Shown piece by piece: positions 18,334-26,152 of a DNA stretch of 35,386 bases; the stretch's first letter is position 1, and each line of letters starts with the position of its first letter. Under the pieces are notes generated by a model, which ran no database searches, was not told the origin of the DNA, and saw only the letters and a program-made list of their open reading frames with translations. The position numbers were made by a program, and so were the translations under genes. Source of the stretch: a virus (taxonomy: Duplodnaviria; Caudoviricetes); IMG/VR virus record IMGVR_UViG_3300048858_000147, positions 1 to 35,386 of that record. One strand, written 5' to 3'.

Positions 18334-18404
18334 ATTGTATTACCCATTCGGTAACACATCAACGGAAATTTGTTACCATAACGGTCTATTTACCTTTTTG
18401 GTCC
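18334..18404. promoter_or_regulatory. Divergent control region: PR-like promoter and three operators
   Basis: Minus strand TTGATG-17-TACAAT (18362 to 18334); TTACC-N5-GGT sites at 18340-18354, 18373-18387, 18390-18404. Confidence 0.75.
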
Positions 18405-18415
18405 TTACAGGTCCA

Positions 18416-19333
18416 ATGGCGCCCATGAAATCAATCAAGGAAATCCGCAGGGAGAAGCTCGCCCTGGCGATACGGGACAGGTGCGATGGCAACCAGTCGC
18501 GAGCCGCGGAAGGGCTGGGCTATTCCACGCCCTCGCTGGTCAATCGCTATCTGAGCGGCGCCAAGGACATCGGCGACCGGACCGCCCGCAAGATCGAAGA
18601 AACGTTCGGCTATCCCACCTACTGGATGGATTCCGAAGCCGCGCCTTCAGTACCGGACGACCAGGCGTTGGAAGTGGCGGCACGAGCCGCGCTTTTATTC
18701 CGGCAAACTGGAGCCAGTCCCGCGGCGATTGCGCAGTTGGCCAAGATCCCGCTGAGCGATGTGGAAGAGTGGGCGCAGGGCTTGCGCAAGCCCACGCTGG
18801 ACCAGGCCATCGCCATCCAGGACCGGTATCAGATCAATGCGGTCTGGCTGATGACGGGCAAAGGCCAGCCCTCCCCTACCATCGCCCACAACGACGACTG
18901 GAATCCGATTCCCATTCCACAGCGCGCATACAAAAAGATCGCCGTCGTAGCAATGGCTCAGCTTGGCGACAACGGAAATTTCTGCGACCTGGAGTATCCG
19001 GTCGGCCATGGCGATGGCTATCTGCACTTCATCAGCACGGACCCGGATGCCTATGGATTGCGTTGCGCGGGGCAATCGATGGAACCGCGTATCAGGGACG
19101 GCGAGTTTGTCGTCGTCGCGCCCAACCACCCGGTCACGAATGGCGATGAAGTCCTGGTGAAGTCGCGCGACGGGCGCGTCATGGTCAAGGTACTCGGCTA
19201 TGCCCGGGACGGTTACACGACACTGCTGTCGGTGAACCAGACGCATAAGCCAATCAGAATCCTGTCCGCGGATATCGAAAGGATGTCGTTCATCGAGGCG
19301 ATCGTGAAGCCATCCGCTTGGCGGCCGGATTGA
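18416..19333 (+). CDS. CI-like repressor with two HTH domains and an S24 peptidase domain
   Basis: HTH1 (NQSRAAEGLG..PSLVNRYL), HTH2 (AAIAQLAKI....VEEWAQG..KP...NAVWLMTGKG), AQLG cleavage region, GQSMEP Ser, VMVK Lys; start 18416 or 18425. Confidence 0.9.
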   Translation: MAPMKSIKEIRREKLALAIRDRCDGNQSRAAEGLGYSTPSLVNRYLSGAKDIGDRTARKIEETFGYPTYWMDSEAAPSVPDDQALEVAARAALLFRQTGASPAAIAQLAKIPLSDVEEWAQGLRKPTLDQAIAIQDRYQINAVWLMTGKGQPSPTIAHNDDWNPIPIPQRAYKKIAVVAMAQLGDNGNFCDLEYPVGHGDGYLHFISTDPDAYGLRCAGQSMEPRIRDGEFVVVAPNHPVTNGDEVLVKSRDGRVMVKVLGYARDGYTTLLSVNQTHKPIRILSADIERMSFIEAIVKPSAWRPD

Positions 19334-19483
19334 ATGGAAAGCGAGTCGCGGGCCGTCTTTTGACATATATATCAACTTCTCCGACCAATAAGCGCCCGTA
19401 GCTTCAATATTTGATATATACGTCAACTGCAAAGACCGCCTCGGCATGTCGGCAGCTGCTTGCGCGGCTCGCTGTCCGCGATA

Positions 19484-19503
19484 TACTGTACATCCATACA
19501 GTA
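19484..19503. promoter_or_regulatory. LexA (SOS) box
   Basis: TACTGTACATCCATACAGTA, 16 bp before ATG 19520. Confidence 0.9.
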
Positions 19504-19519
19504 TTCGACGAGCGTAACG

Positions 19520-19783
19520 ATGCCTGCCACCTTCCCCGCCAAGTCCGTCTCTCTCGAAATCCAGTTCTTCGGAGACCTTCGGGACGAATTCCATGTGCCC
19601 TGCGATGCCGTCACCGTCCACACCAATACGATAACGGTCCGAGGCCCCCAGGCATGGCGCCTGGCTTCTGTCGGCTGGACGCCCGATTCCCTTTGCTTCC
19701 ATTGCTACGACCAAAGCCACCGATTTCCGGTAGGCCGTCCGACGATCCTGGATGATCGGACCGCGCGGTTTCCGTTGCTTTGA
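19520..19783 (+). CDS. SOS-controlled 87-aa hypothetical protein
   Basis: ATG directly behind SOS box; no family recognised. Confidence 0.65.
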   Translation: MPATFPAKSVSLEIQFFGDLRDEFHVPCDAVTVHTNTITVRGPQAWRLASVGWTPDSLCFHCYDQSHRFPVGRPTILDDRTARFPLL

Positions 19784-20431
19784 GAGGCCAAGGAGAAGGC
19801 GTAGCTTGGGCGACAAACCAATTCAGAATCGCCCAATGAACAGCCCTACAGATGTGATCCGGGAAGGCAGCTGCTAAAGTGATGCCGTAATCCCGATGGC
19901 ATAGTGTCCTTCGCAGGCATGCCTGCGGTCCTCGCTCGGTCAGCATACTGAGCAAACGATAGGCGTGGTTTCTCTCTATCGCTATACACCTTAGGCACGT
20001 AAGACCTTCGACGCCTAACGCAAGAACCCGGCCTCACCGGGGAGAAGATGGCTGCTCTGTTTCGAGTTGATGGCAGTCAGCAGTGGCGGAAGTACGCCGG
20101 CGGCGCCCAGCGGCGGGAGATGGCTCCGCAGATGCAGTTCTTCGGCGACGCGCGCGGGAGCTCACCGTCCGAAGAGCCGGACCGCATCCTGGGACATCGG
20201 CAGAGGTTGAACTCCAGCGACAAGTAGGCTAGGACCGCCAAGAAGAAAGGCGCGCCCATCGCCCCACCCTGAGACTCGGGAAATGCGTTTGTCTGATGAC
20301 GCTTGATGCGCGGCCTTTCGATCGAAAGTTATTTCTTCCGTTACCCATCGAAGGAAGCTGCAATAGCTTCCTCGGTTTGGCGGCGCCGCCTTGATGGCGC
20401 TGGCGGTGAATTCCCTCTACATATTCTGGGT

Positions 20432-20460
20432 AAAAATGGGCCGCCCTATAGCGGCCCATG
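20432..20460 (-). terminator. Intrinsic terminator after the tailspike operon
   Basis: ATGGGCCGC inverted repeat with 6-nt loop, followed by T run on minus strand. Confidence 0.7.
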
Positions 20461-20477
20461 CTGTCGTCTATTACCCG

Positions 20478-20624
20478 CTACTCAGCGTCGGCAGCTTGGT
20501 TCTGCTGGGCCACATCTAGCTGCCGCAATGCCTCCATTGCGGGAGCAACTTCTCGGTACGGTCGCATCGAGAGGTAGGTCAGAACTTCTTGGAGAAGGGA
20601 GGCGGGGATCAGGTAATTTTCCAT
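20478..20624 (-). CDS. 48-aa tailspike-associated protein (absent from ORF track)
   Basis: Hand translation MENYLIPASLLQEVLTYLSMRPYREVAPAMEALRQLDVAQQNQAADAE; starts 2 nt after tailspike stop and ends before a terminator. Confidence 0.65.
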   Translation of the reverse strand: MENYLIPASLLQEVLTYLSMRPYREVAPAMEALRQLDVAQQNQAADAE

Positions 20625-20626
20625 GG

Positions 20627-22189
20627 TCATACAGTGGTGTTGTCAGTGAGAAGTCCCAGAGAAGCGAGTGCAGCTAGCACGCCTTTCAGTGCTCCATTAC
20701 CTCCGCGAGATCCAGATACGGCTGGCTTCGTAGTGGGAGTCGCCCCGAAGAATCCAATTGAATTGCCGGAGTGGAGGACGCTGTTGTTGAGCGTAACCTG
20801 GTTACCGGTGACCTGGAGGTTGGGATTTCCAGCGACTACAAACAGAAGCCCAGATATGGAACTGGAATACGTGATGTAGTCCCCGTTAAAACTCGTGGTC
20901 CGAAAATCCGACTCGAGGCTTCCCGATGCAAGAGCCGCATTGTTGAAGTAGATTCGGTCATCGCGCTTCAACGAAATCGCGGCTTTTTGCGCTCCGAAAT
21001 CGAGGCCCGACATCGCAAAATCGAGGCCACTAACCCATTTTCCGACACCGGAAAAGATCGCATCGCAGCTCGCGGAGCCGATGTTTTGAGCCCGGTAACC
21101 ATTCCAAATTGCGGACTTCGCGCCGGTAGCCTTAGTGCGCTTGAAGTTGTTCACGATGCCGATAGCCGCGACATCAAAGCCGCCATCGTCCATGACCGTT
21201 TCATATGGATTCATGTAGACGCCATCGGCGCCTGCGTGCATGTCGCCGTTAAACAGAACGGCAGCTGGGTTGGCAAGAAAGCTCGTTGACCCCTGCTTTG
21301 TGCCGGTCACAAAAGCCGAGCCGTTAAAGCATGCCGCATCGCCCTGACCATTCTGATAAACGCGTACGCGGTACGCTGCGATTCCAGTGCGCCCATCATT
21401 GCCGCTCAAAGACTCATTCCAACCGCTCTCGTTGTACAGAAACGTGTAGCTTGGCATCGCTTCTGGACGATACGTATAGCCAGTCGTTGGCTTTCCCAGC
21501 GTGTCCTCGCCGGTAACCCTATGCTCAATTGCGAAGTGGGAACGGGACCAGTCGCCGTTGAACGCAGTAGCTACATCGTCCTCGTTACCGATGGCCGAAG
21601 GGGCCGCAGTTACGGCATTGAACCATTTGCCGCGCTTGTTGCCGCCCCCGTCGCGGATTTGTCCCGGACCATAAAGCGAGTTCTCGAGATTAGCCGCTTG
21701 CGTCGTAGTTCGGAATACCCCCCGCGGTACGAAGGCGATGGCGTTGGAGGCTCGTGCGTTATTGAGGGGGGCGGTATTGTCTGTCATGTCGTCGCCAATC
21801 GCGCCCCAATCAACTACCGCCTCGATGTCTCGCATCTTCGCTTGAGCTGTGCGCGGAACGGATGAAACGCCAGCCTGGATGAAGCCGATGGAGGCAGAGC
21901 CGTGACTTTGGGAGAGTCCCAGCGCCTCTACATTGTCTCGGTCCCAGATGGTGGTGCCAGCGCTGTCCTTCAGCGTCAGCCGGTAGTTTCCAGAGCCGTA
22001 TACGACTGCCTCGCCCCGGGCATTTAGGGTGATGGGATTCGCGTTCGGAGTGGCGCCGTGTGCATCCTGGTAAGTCGCCTTTGCGGTTAGGGTGCCAGCT
22101 GCATAAGTGAATAGCAGCCCTCCGCTTAACGGACGCCCGCTAGCGTCCTCGAACGATTGGACGGGATCCGGCAATAAACTCATTGTCAT
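20627..22189 (-). CDS. Podophage-type tailspike / tail fibre (orphan)
   Basis: N-terminal F.D..G.PL.GG..FTY.AGT....ATYQD...NPI.L.ARGE particle-binding domain; RTAQAKMRD..AVVDWGAIGD..TDNT motif typical of beta-helix tailspikes. Confidence 0.82.
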   Translation of the reverse strand: MTMSLLPDPVQSFEDASGRPLSGGLLFTYAAGTLTAKATYQDAHGATPNANPITLNARGEAVVYGSGNYRLTLKDSAGTTIWDRDNVEALGLSQSHGSASIGFIQAGVSSVPRTAQAKMRDIEAVVDWGAIGDDMTDNTAPLNNARASNAIAFVPRGVFRTTTQAANLENSLYGPGQIRDGGGNKRGKWFNAVTAAPSAIGNEDDVATAFNGDWSRSHFAIEHRVTGEDTLGKPTTGYTYRPEAMPSYTFLYNESGWNESLSGNDGRTGIAAYRVRVYQNGQGDAACFNGSAFVTGTKQGSTSFLANPAAVLFNGDMHAGADGVYMNPYETVMDDGGFDVAAIGIVNNFKRTKATGAKSAIWNGYRAQNIGSASCDAIFSGVGKWVSGLDFAMSGLDFGAQKAAISLKRDDRIYFNNAALASGSLESDFRTTSFNGDYITYSSSISGLLFVVAGNPNLQVTGNQVTLNNSVLHSGNSIGFFGATPTTKPAVSGSRGGNGALKGVLAALASLGLLTDNTTV

Positions 22190-22210
22190 TTTTTTCGGCC
22201 TCAGAAATGA

Positions 22211-22262
22211 AAAAAGCCCGCACGAGGCGGGCATGAAAAAAAGCCGCCCAAGAGGCGGGCTT
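22211..22262 (-). terminator. Tandem terminator-like hairpins before the tailspike RBS
   Basis: GCCCGCCTCGTGCGGGC+T run preceded by a second GC hairpin + T run. Confidence 0.65.
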
Positions 22263-22707
22263 CATGGTGTGGTGTCAGTCTGGCGCGGTCGCGTCGAGGG
22301 GATGATGGCGCCCCGTCAGGGAAGGCTCAACCGCTGCCACTTTTGCGCAGTTATTCCTGAGCGCGTCTGTCTGTACGGTAGTCAACCAAAATTGGCTGAT
22401 CCCGGTACCGCTGTTTTGCCTATCGGGCGACACGATTGTGTATGAGCCTGGCACGAAAGCTGTCTTGGTAACAAATCAAACCAATCGCTACAAGAAGGTT
22501 CTCGGCCTGGCATCAAGCCTTGACGATAGTGCCCCCCGAACTCCCAGGAGGATTGCACACCTTTCGGACCCATTTGAAACGCGGCATGGCTCGGAAAGTG
22601 CATTCACGGCGGAAACCGCCGATATCCGTGTAATACGATATCTGGTTGCCTTGCATTTCGCCTCCTCTGGATTAGAACCACCGGACGATGCAAATCTAGC
22701 GGCCAAT

Positions 22708-22790
22708 AAAAAAGCCCCTTGCAGAGAGGGGCTTCGGAGACTTTTGCGGCGAGTATGGCAAAAATTTACACCGCTTGTTTAAAAAACGCA
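22708..22790 (-). promoter_or_regulatory. pR'-like late promoter and tR'-like terminator of element B
   Basis: TTGCGT-17-TAAATT followed by AAGCCCCTCTCTGCAAGGGGCTTTTT; same layout as 15187-15268. Confidence 0.7.
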
Positions 22791-22812
22791 AACACTTTTT
22801 CGCGGCCAGCCC

Positions 22813-23276
22813 TTATGCCCCAAGGCATCCCGACTCATTGCACGTTGTACGGCCCGCCGCCAGCCTATGCCCGATGAACTTTGGATTCAGCCGCGCCACC
22901 GCCGGCTTCTCCGGCGTTCAGAGATTTGCTCCGTACAATTCGCCGCGCGGAACAGCCGTGTAGCGTCCTGCTTGCGCTGCCGGCGATCGCGCGGAAGGTG
23001 TACCCTTCCTTCGCTCCCGCTCGCCGGGAAATGTCAAGCAGCAGCGCGCCCGCGACCAAGCCGGAAGATGGCCACGCGTACAGCGCTAGGCATTTGCAGC
23101 CCTGCGGTTTCTCTGCGCCCACCGCAAAGGGCGCAAGCACCGCAGCCATCTCGTGGTTGGGCAGCCGGTCGCGCACGGCGGGCCGTGGCCATCCTGCACT
23201 GAGCACGAACCTCGTCAGGCGCCAGCCCGCCAAAGTTATCGTGCTGTTGCCACTGGCGCTGCAGTTGCTCTAGCCA
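22813..23276 (-). pseudogene. Truncated, frameshifted paralog of the late regulator at 15280-15915
   Basis: NFGGLAPDEVRAQC and RDRLPNHEMAAVLAPFAVGAEKPQGCKCLALYA align by eye with NFDGLAPNEIRAQC and RDRLPSQEMAAVLARFAIGPEKLEGCKRLALYA, spread over different frames. Confidence 0.88.
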
Positions 23277-23279
23277 TGC

Positions 23280-23987
23280 ACGTTGCTGTCCGCGCGGCGG
23301 TACAGATTCAGCGACCTGATAAGCATGTTCCTGGATGGCGTTCCTCGAAAAGGTCTACGCAATACGAACCCCGTGAGCGAGGTACCCCCGGCGCCACCGA
23401 AGATAATCGAGACCGCTACATCACGGACGCCGAGCTGGCCGCCGTACGTGCCGCGGCGCTGGTCGGCAGTCATGGCAAGCCAACGCCATCGGGCGCGGCA
23501 ATCGTTGCCCGATTGACCACGCAGCTACTCGTTGATCCGCATGCTTCGAACTGGTGTGATGTCGGCCCGGAGCGATCATGTTCATCTAGCGAAGACGGTG
23601 ATCACTTCTGTCATTCGGATGCTGGTTGACGCGACTTGAGGGGACGCTAGACGCGGCAAGGGCCGGGAAGGTGAAGGCCATCAACATTTGCACACAAACG
23701 GGCCGCAAATTGACCTACAGCGGAGCGCAGACGGCTTGGTAAACGTTCATGCGAACGAGCGCGGCAGCAGAATTAGTAAGGCTGCAAGAAGTCAGGAAAG
23801 AGCTCAACGGCAAGCACCAGATTGGGATGCATTTTGCATTTCCACGATGTGCGCGCAAAGGGTTAGACGGACAAGCGAAGGCGGGAAGGCGCCGCGGCGG
23901 CCCAAGCATTGGCCGGACATACCAACGCGGAAATGACCGCGCATTACACAAAGGCGCAAGAGATTGAGCACGTCCACCGTCGCGATG
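23280..23987 (+). pseudogene. Tyrosine integrase pseudogene
   Basis: Fragments across frames: NPVSEV, RDRYITDAELAAVR, FHDVRAKG-stop-TD, AQALAGHTNAEMTAHY; ends next to the tRNA fragment. Confidence 0.85.
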
Positions 23988-24018
23988 AAGTTAGACAAAC
24001 GCGCCCAAGTTAGACAAA
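23988..24018. repeat. 12-bp direct repeat, probable integrase arm-type sites
   Basis: AAGTTAGACAAA at 23988-23999 and 24007-24018. Confidence 0.7.
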
Positions 24019-24048
24019 AGGCCTAGCGAGTAAAACCCGCTAGGCCTT
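24018..24048. terminator. Hairpin between integrase remnant and att core
   Basis: AAGGCCTAGCG...CGCTAGGCCTT inverted repeat. Confidence 0.65.
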
Positions 24049-24056
24049 CTAATTAC

Positions 24057-24103
24057 TGGTAGGGGCGAGAGGATTTGAACCTCCGACCACCTGCACCCCA
24101 TGC
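24057..24103 (-). mobile_element. att core: 3' half of tRNA-Pro(GGG)
   Basis: Minus strand GCATGGGGTGCAGGTGGTCGGAGGTTCAAATCCTCTCGCCCCTACCA has anticodon loop, T arm and CCA but no D arm or 5' acceptor strand. Confidence 0.88.
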
Positions 24104-24296
24104 TGCCTATCCGACACCCGGAAACCTATAGCCGGAGCGGCTTTGCGGCTCAGCGTTCTAATTTTTTGCTCATCGTTTAAGCACGGCGGCATGCGGCTTT
24201 GCAGGCGATGCAGCCCTCATAATTAGAACGAAGCATCAGGCCGAACTATAGAACAAAGGCGGCCGATGGCCGCCTGTAGTTCTTCCTCGGAATGCC

Positions 24297-24797
24297 TCAG
24301 TCGGTCAGAAGCAGCGTGGTCACCGCAGAATCTGCGCCTCCATTTCCGTATCGGATAGTGAAAGGACCAGACTCTGCGGCGTCGCTCCAGTACTCGCCGA
24401 GATACCGCACCGAGTAGACCTCAGATCCGACTTGGGGTGGCGCAGTGACAGTGAAGCGTGCTGTCGTCTCCGACCCGAGCCCGATGAGGTCATTCCAGCC
24501 ACTGGGCCCCGGCTTGGATACGGTCCGCGTGACCGCAGTGTTGTTCTCGCTGATCCGATAGCGTGCAATCTCAGTGGGGCCACGGTACAAGACGATATAG
24601 CTGCCCTGGCCCGACGCCGCCGGATATATCCACTTCACAAAGAACCATCCCGTGAGCGTCGCCGAGATCTGGAAAGTTTGTCCAGGCTTGACTACGGCCG
24701 GCTTCGTCACGCTGAGCTGCGTCCGATACTCCCCTGCATGGCCCGCGAGCGGACACGCGAGAGCTAAAGCAAGAACGAATTGAAAAATACGGTTCAT
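24297..24797 (-). CDS. Secreted beta-rich (Ig-like) protein with hydrophobic C-terminal tail
   Basis: Signal peptide ending LAGHA; VKPGQTFQISATL and YSVRYLGE....AES resemble bacterial Ig-like domains; ends GGADSAVTTLLLTD. Confidence 0.7.
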   Translation of the reverse strand: MNRIFQFVLALALACPLAGHAGEYRTQLSVTKPAVVKPGQTFQISATLTGWFFVKWIYPAASGQGSYIVLYRGPTEIARYRISENNTAVTRTVSKPGPSGWNDLIGLGSETTARFTVTAPPQVGSEVYSVRYLGEYWSDAAESGPFTIRYGNGGADSAVTTLLLTD

Positions 24798-24879
24798 AGA
24801 TGACCCCGGATTGACCCCACGCCCGCAAACTCAATGCGCTGACGTCAGGGTCGGTTGAGCGAGTTCCGCGGTTACATCC

Positions 24880-25215
24880 TTATTGCGCGAGACCGAGCTC
24901 ACGCAGATCTTCGCCATCCGGCCACTTCGTGCACGTGCCAGCTCCTTCAGCGTACAGGTTTCTGTCGGCATTCATGGCGGACAATGCCAGTGCCATTTGC
25001 TGGCGGCCAACGGACGAGTTCTCGTCCTTAATCATGAAATAGCTCGAGCCAAGGGCGCAGGCCGGCCGGCCGGATGGAGCGCCAGTAAGGGTGATATACA
25101 CGAGCCCCTCGCGAATTGCGATGCTCTGGACCTTACCCGTTGCACTTCCAGCATGTGCGCCCGACAGGGCTCCGAGTGTCAGACACGCGGCCAGCATTGC
25201 ATTTTTCAACTTCAT
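24880..25215 (-). CDS. Secreted small protein, possible OB-fold AB5 B-subunit-like
   Basis: Signal peptide ending AHA, GGGAG RBS, ~89-aa mature chain with two Cys and central helix GRQQMALALSAMNA. Confidence 0.7.
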   Translation of the reverse strand: MKLKNAMLAACLTLGALSGAHAGSATGKVQSIAIREGLVYITLTGAPSGRPACALGSSYFMIKDENSSVGRQQMALALSAMNADRNLYAEGAGTCTKWPDGEDLRELGLAQ

Positions 25216-25252
25216 GGCGAACTCCCGTTCTGTGTTGATGAATGGCTCGATT

Positions 25253-25270
25253 TGTAACGACGATGTTACA
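25253..25270. promoter_or_regulatory. Palindromic regulator site
   Basis: TGTAAC-N6-GTTACA, 37 bp upstream of the ATG at 25215. Confidence 0.55.
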
Positions 25271-25379
25271 TCACCAACGCAAAAAGTGATCTTCTGTGTT
25301 CTTAACTCTCATAAAAGAACAGTTTTCATGAAAAAGGGCCAGCGCACCGATGGCTACTCCAACCGGCTTAACGTCGATA

Positions 25380-25399
25380 TACTGTACATCCATACAGTA
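25380..25399. promoter_or_regulatory. LexA (SOS) box
   Basis: TACTGTACATCCATACAGTA, identical to 19484-19503. Confidence 0.9.
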
Positions 25400-25414
25400 T
25401 CCGCCGAGTGCAAC

Positions 25415-25534
25415 ATGGGCAACAGCAAACTCGCCAACGGCTGCCAGGTGTCCGAGTTGTTCATCCACGGCGAGGACGGCCAGATCCGCGAGCGCAACAG
25501 CTTCGGGAACGACCCGCGCAACATCAGGGGGTAG
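25415..25534 (+). pseudogene. Truncated DUF2188 gene (C-terminal part only)
   Basis: ELFIHGEDGQIRERNSFGNDP nearly identical to the end of 1..228, with an unrelated short N-terminus. Confidence 0.75.
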
Positions 25535-25536
25535 CT

Positions 25537-26147
25537 GTGCCCGCCCCTACCCTCGCCGAGCTGTCGCCCATGCTCCTGACAGAGCGAACGTTTATCCCTG
25601 CTAAGGGCGACTGGCTGTACGAGATCAAGTACGACGGGTATCGCTTCCTGGCGGCGACGGGCGAAGCGCAATTGCAATCCCGGAACGGGCACGTCGCCAC
25701 GCGGTGGTTTCCCCAGATTGCCGAAGCGATGGCGACACTGGCGCCAGGGTGCATCCTCGACGGCGAGGTATGCGTGCTGGACGATCTAGGCAGGCCCGAC
25801 TTCGATAGGCTGCACAAGCGGGCAGCGCGCCGCGGCCGACCGCCCGGGTCCGATCCTGTGGTCTTTTCCGTGTTCGACCTGCTGGTACTGGACGGCGAAG
25901 ATGTCCGGGACCAGCCGGTCGAGGATCGAAAGGCAGCGCTCCGGGGAGTGCTGGACTGCTGCACGTCAGTGCTGCTCTACGTCCAGGACGTGGAGGACGG
26001 CCAGGGGCTGTATCAGCATGCCGTGGCGGGCTAGAGGGCGTCGTCGGGAAACGAATTGGCAGCGGGTACCAATGCGGGAAGCGGTCGAGCGATTGGGTGA
26101 AGGTCAAGCGGCCCGGAGCCGTGCCGCCTGAGCGATTCAAGCGCTAA
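25537..26147 (+). pseudogene. ATP-dependent DNA ligase adenylation domain (LigD-like), frameshifted
   Basis: EIKYDGYR, LDGE, FDLL motifs; stop at 26034 while GLEGVVGKR..S.Y..G.RS.DWVKVK continues in another frame to 26147. Confidence 0.85.
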
Positions 26148-26152
26148 AGCGC

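Larger units (their letters stand above)
1868..19333. mobile_element. Element A: headless contractile-tail (tailocin-like) locus with replication module
   Basis: Contiguous repressor, initiator, helicase, late regulator, tail and lysis genes with no room for head or packaging genes. Confidence 0.8.
20432..24056. mobile_element. Element B: collapsed prophage remnant
   Basis: Integrase and late-regulator pseudogenes, late promoter and tailspike within 3.6 kb; left boundary uncertain. Confidence 0.75.

Noticed and set aside
20120-20175. QFFGD-coding stretch resembling the 19520-19783 gene
   Set aside because: Match is only ~30 bp and flanks do not align; a remnant is possible but cannot be separated from chance by eye
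22306-22325. tRNA-like 3' end on the minus strand (CCCTGACGGGGCGCCA)
   Set aside because: No TTC loop, anticodon arm or D arm nearby
24057-24103. Functional tRNA-Pro gene
   Set aside because: The 5' acceptor strand and D arm are missing; it is an att-type duplication
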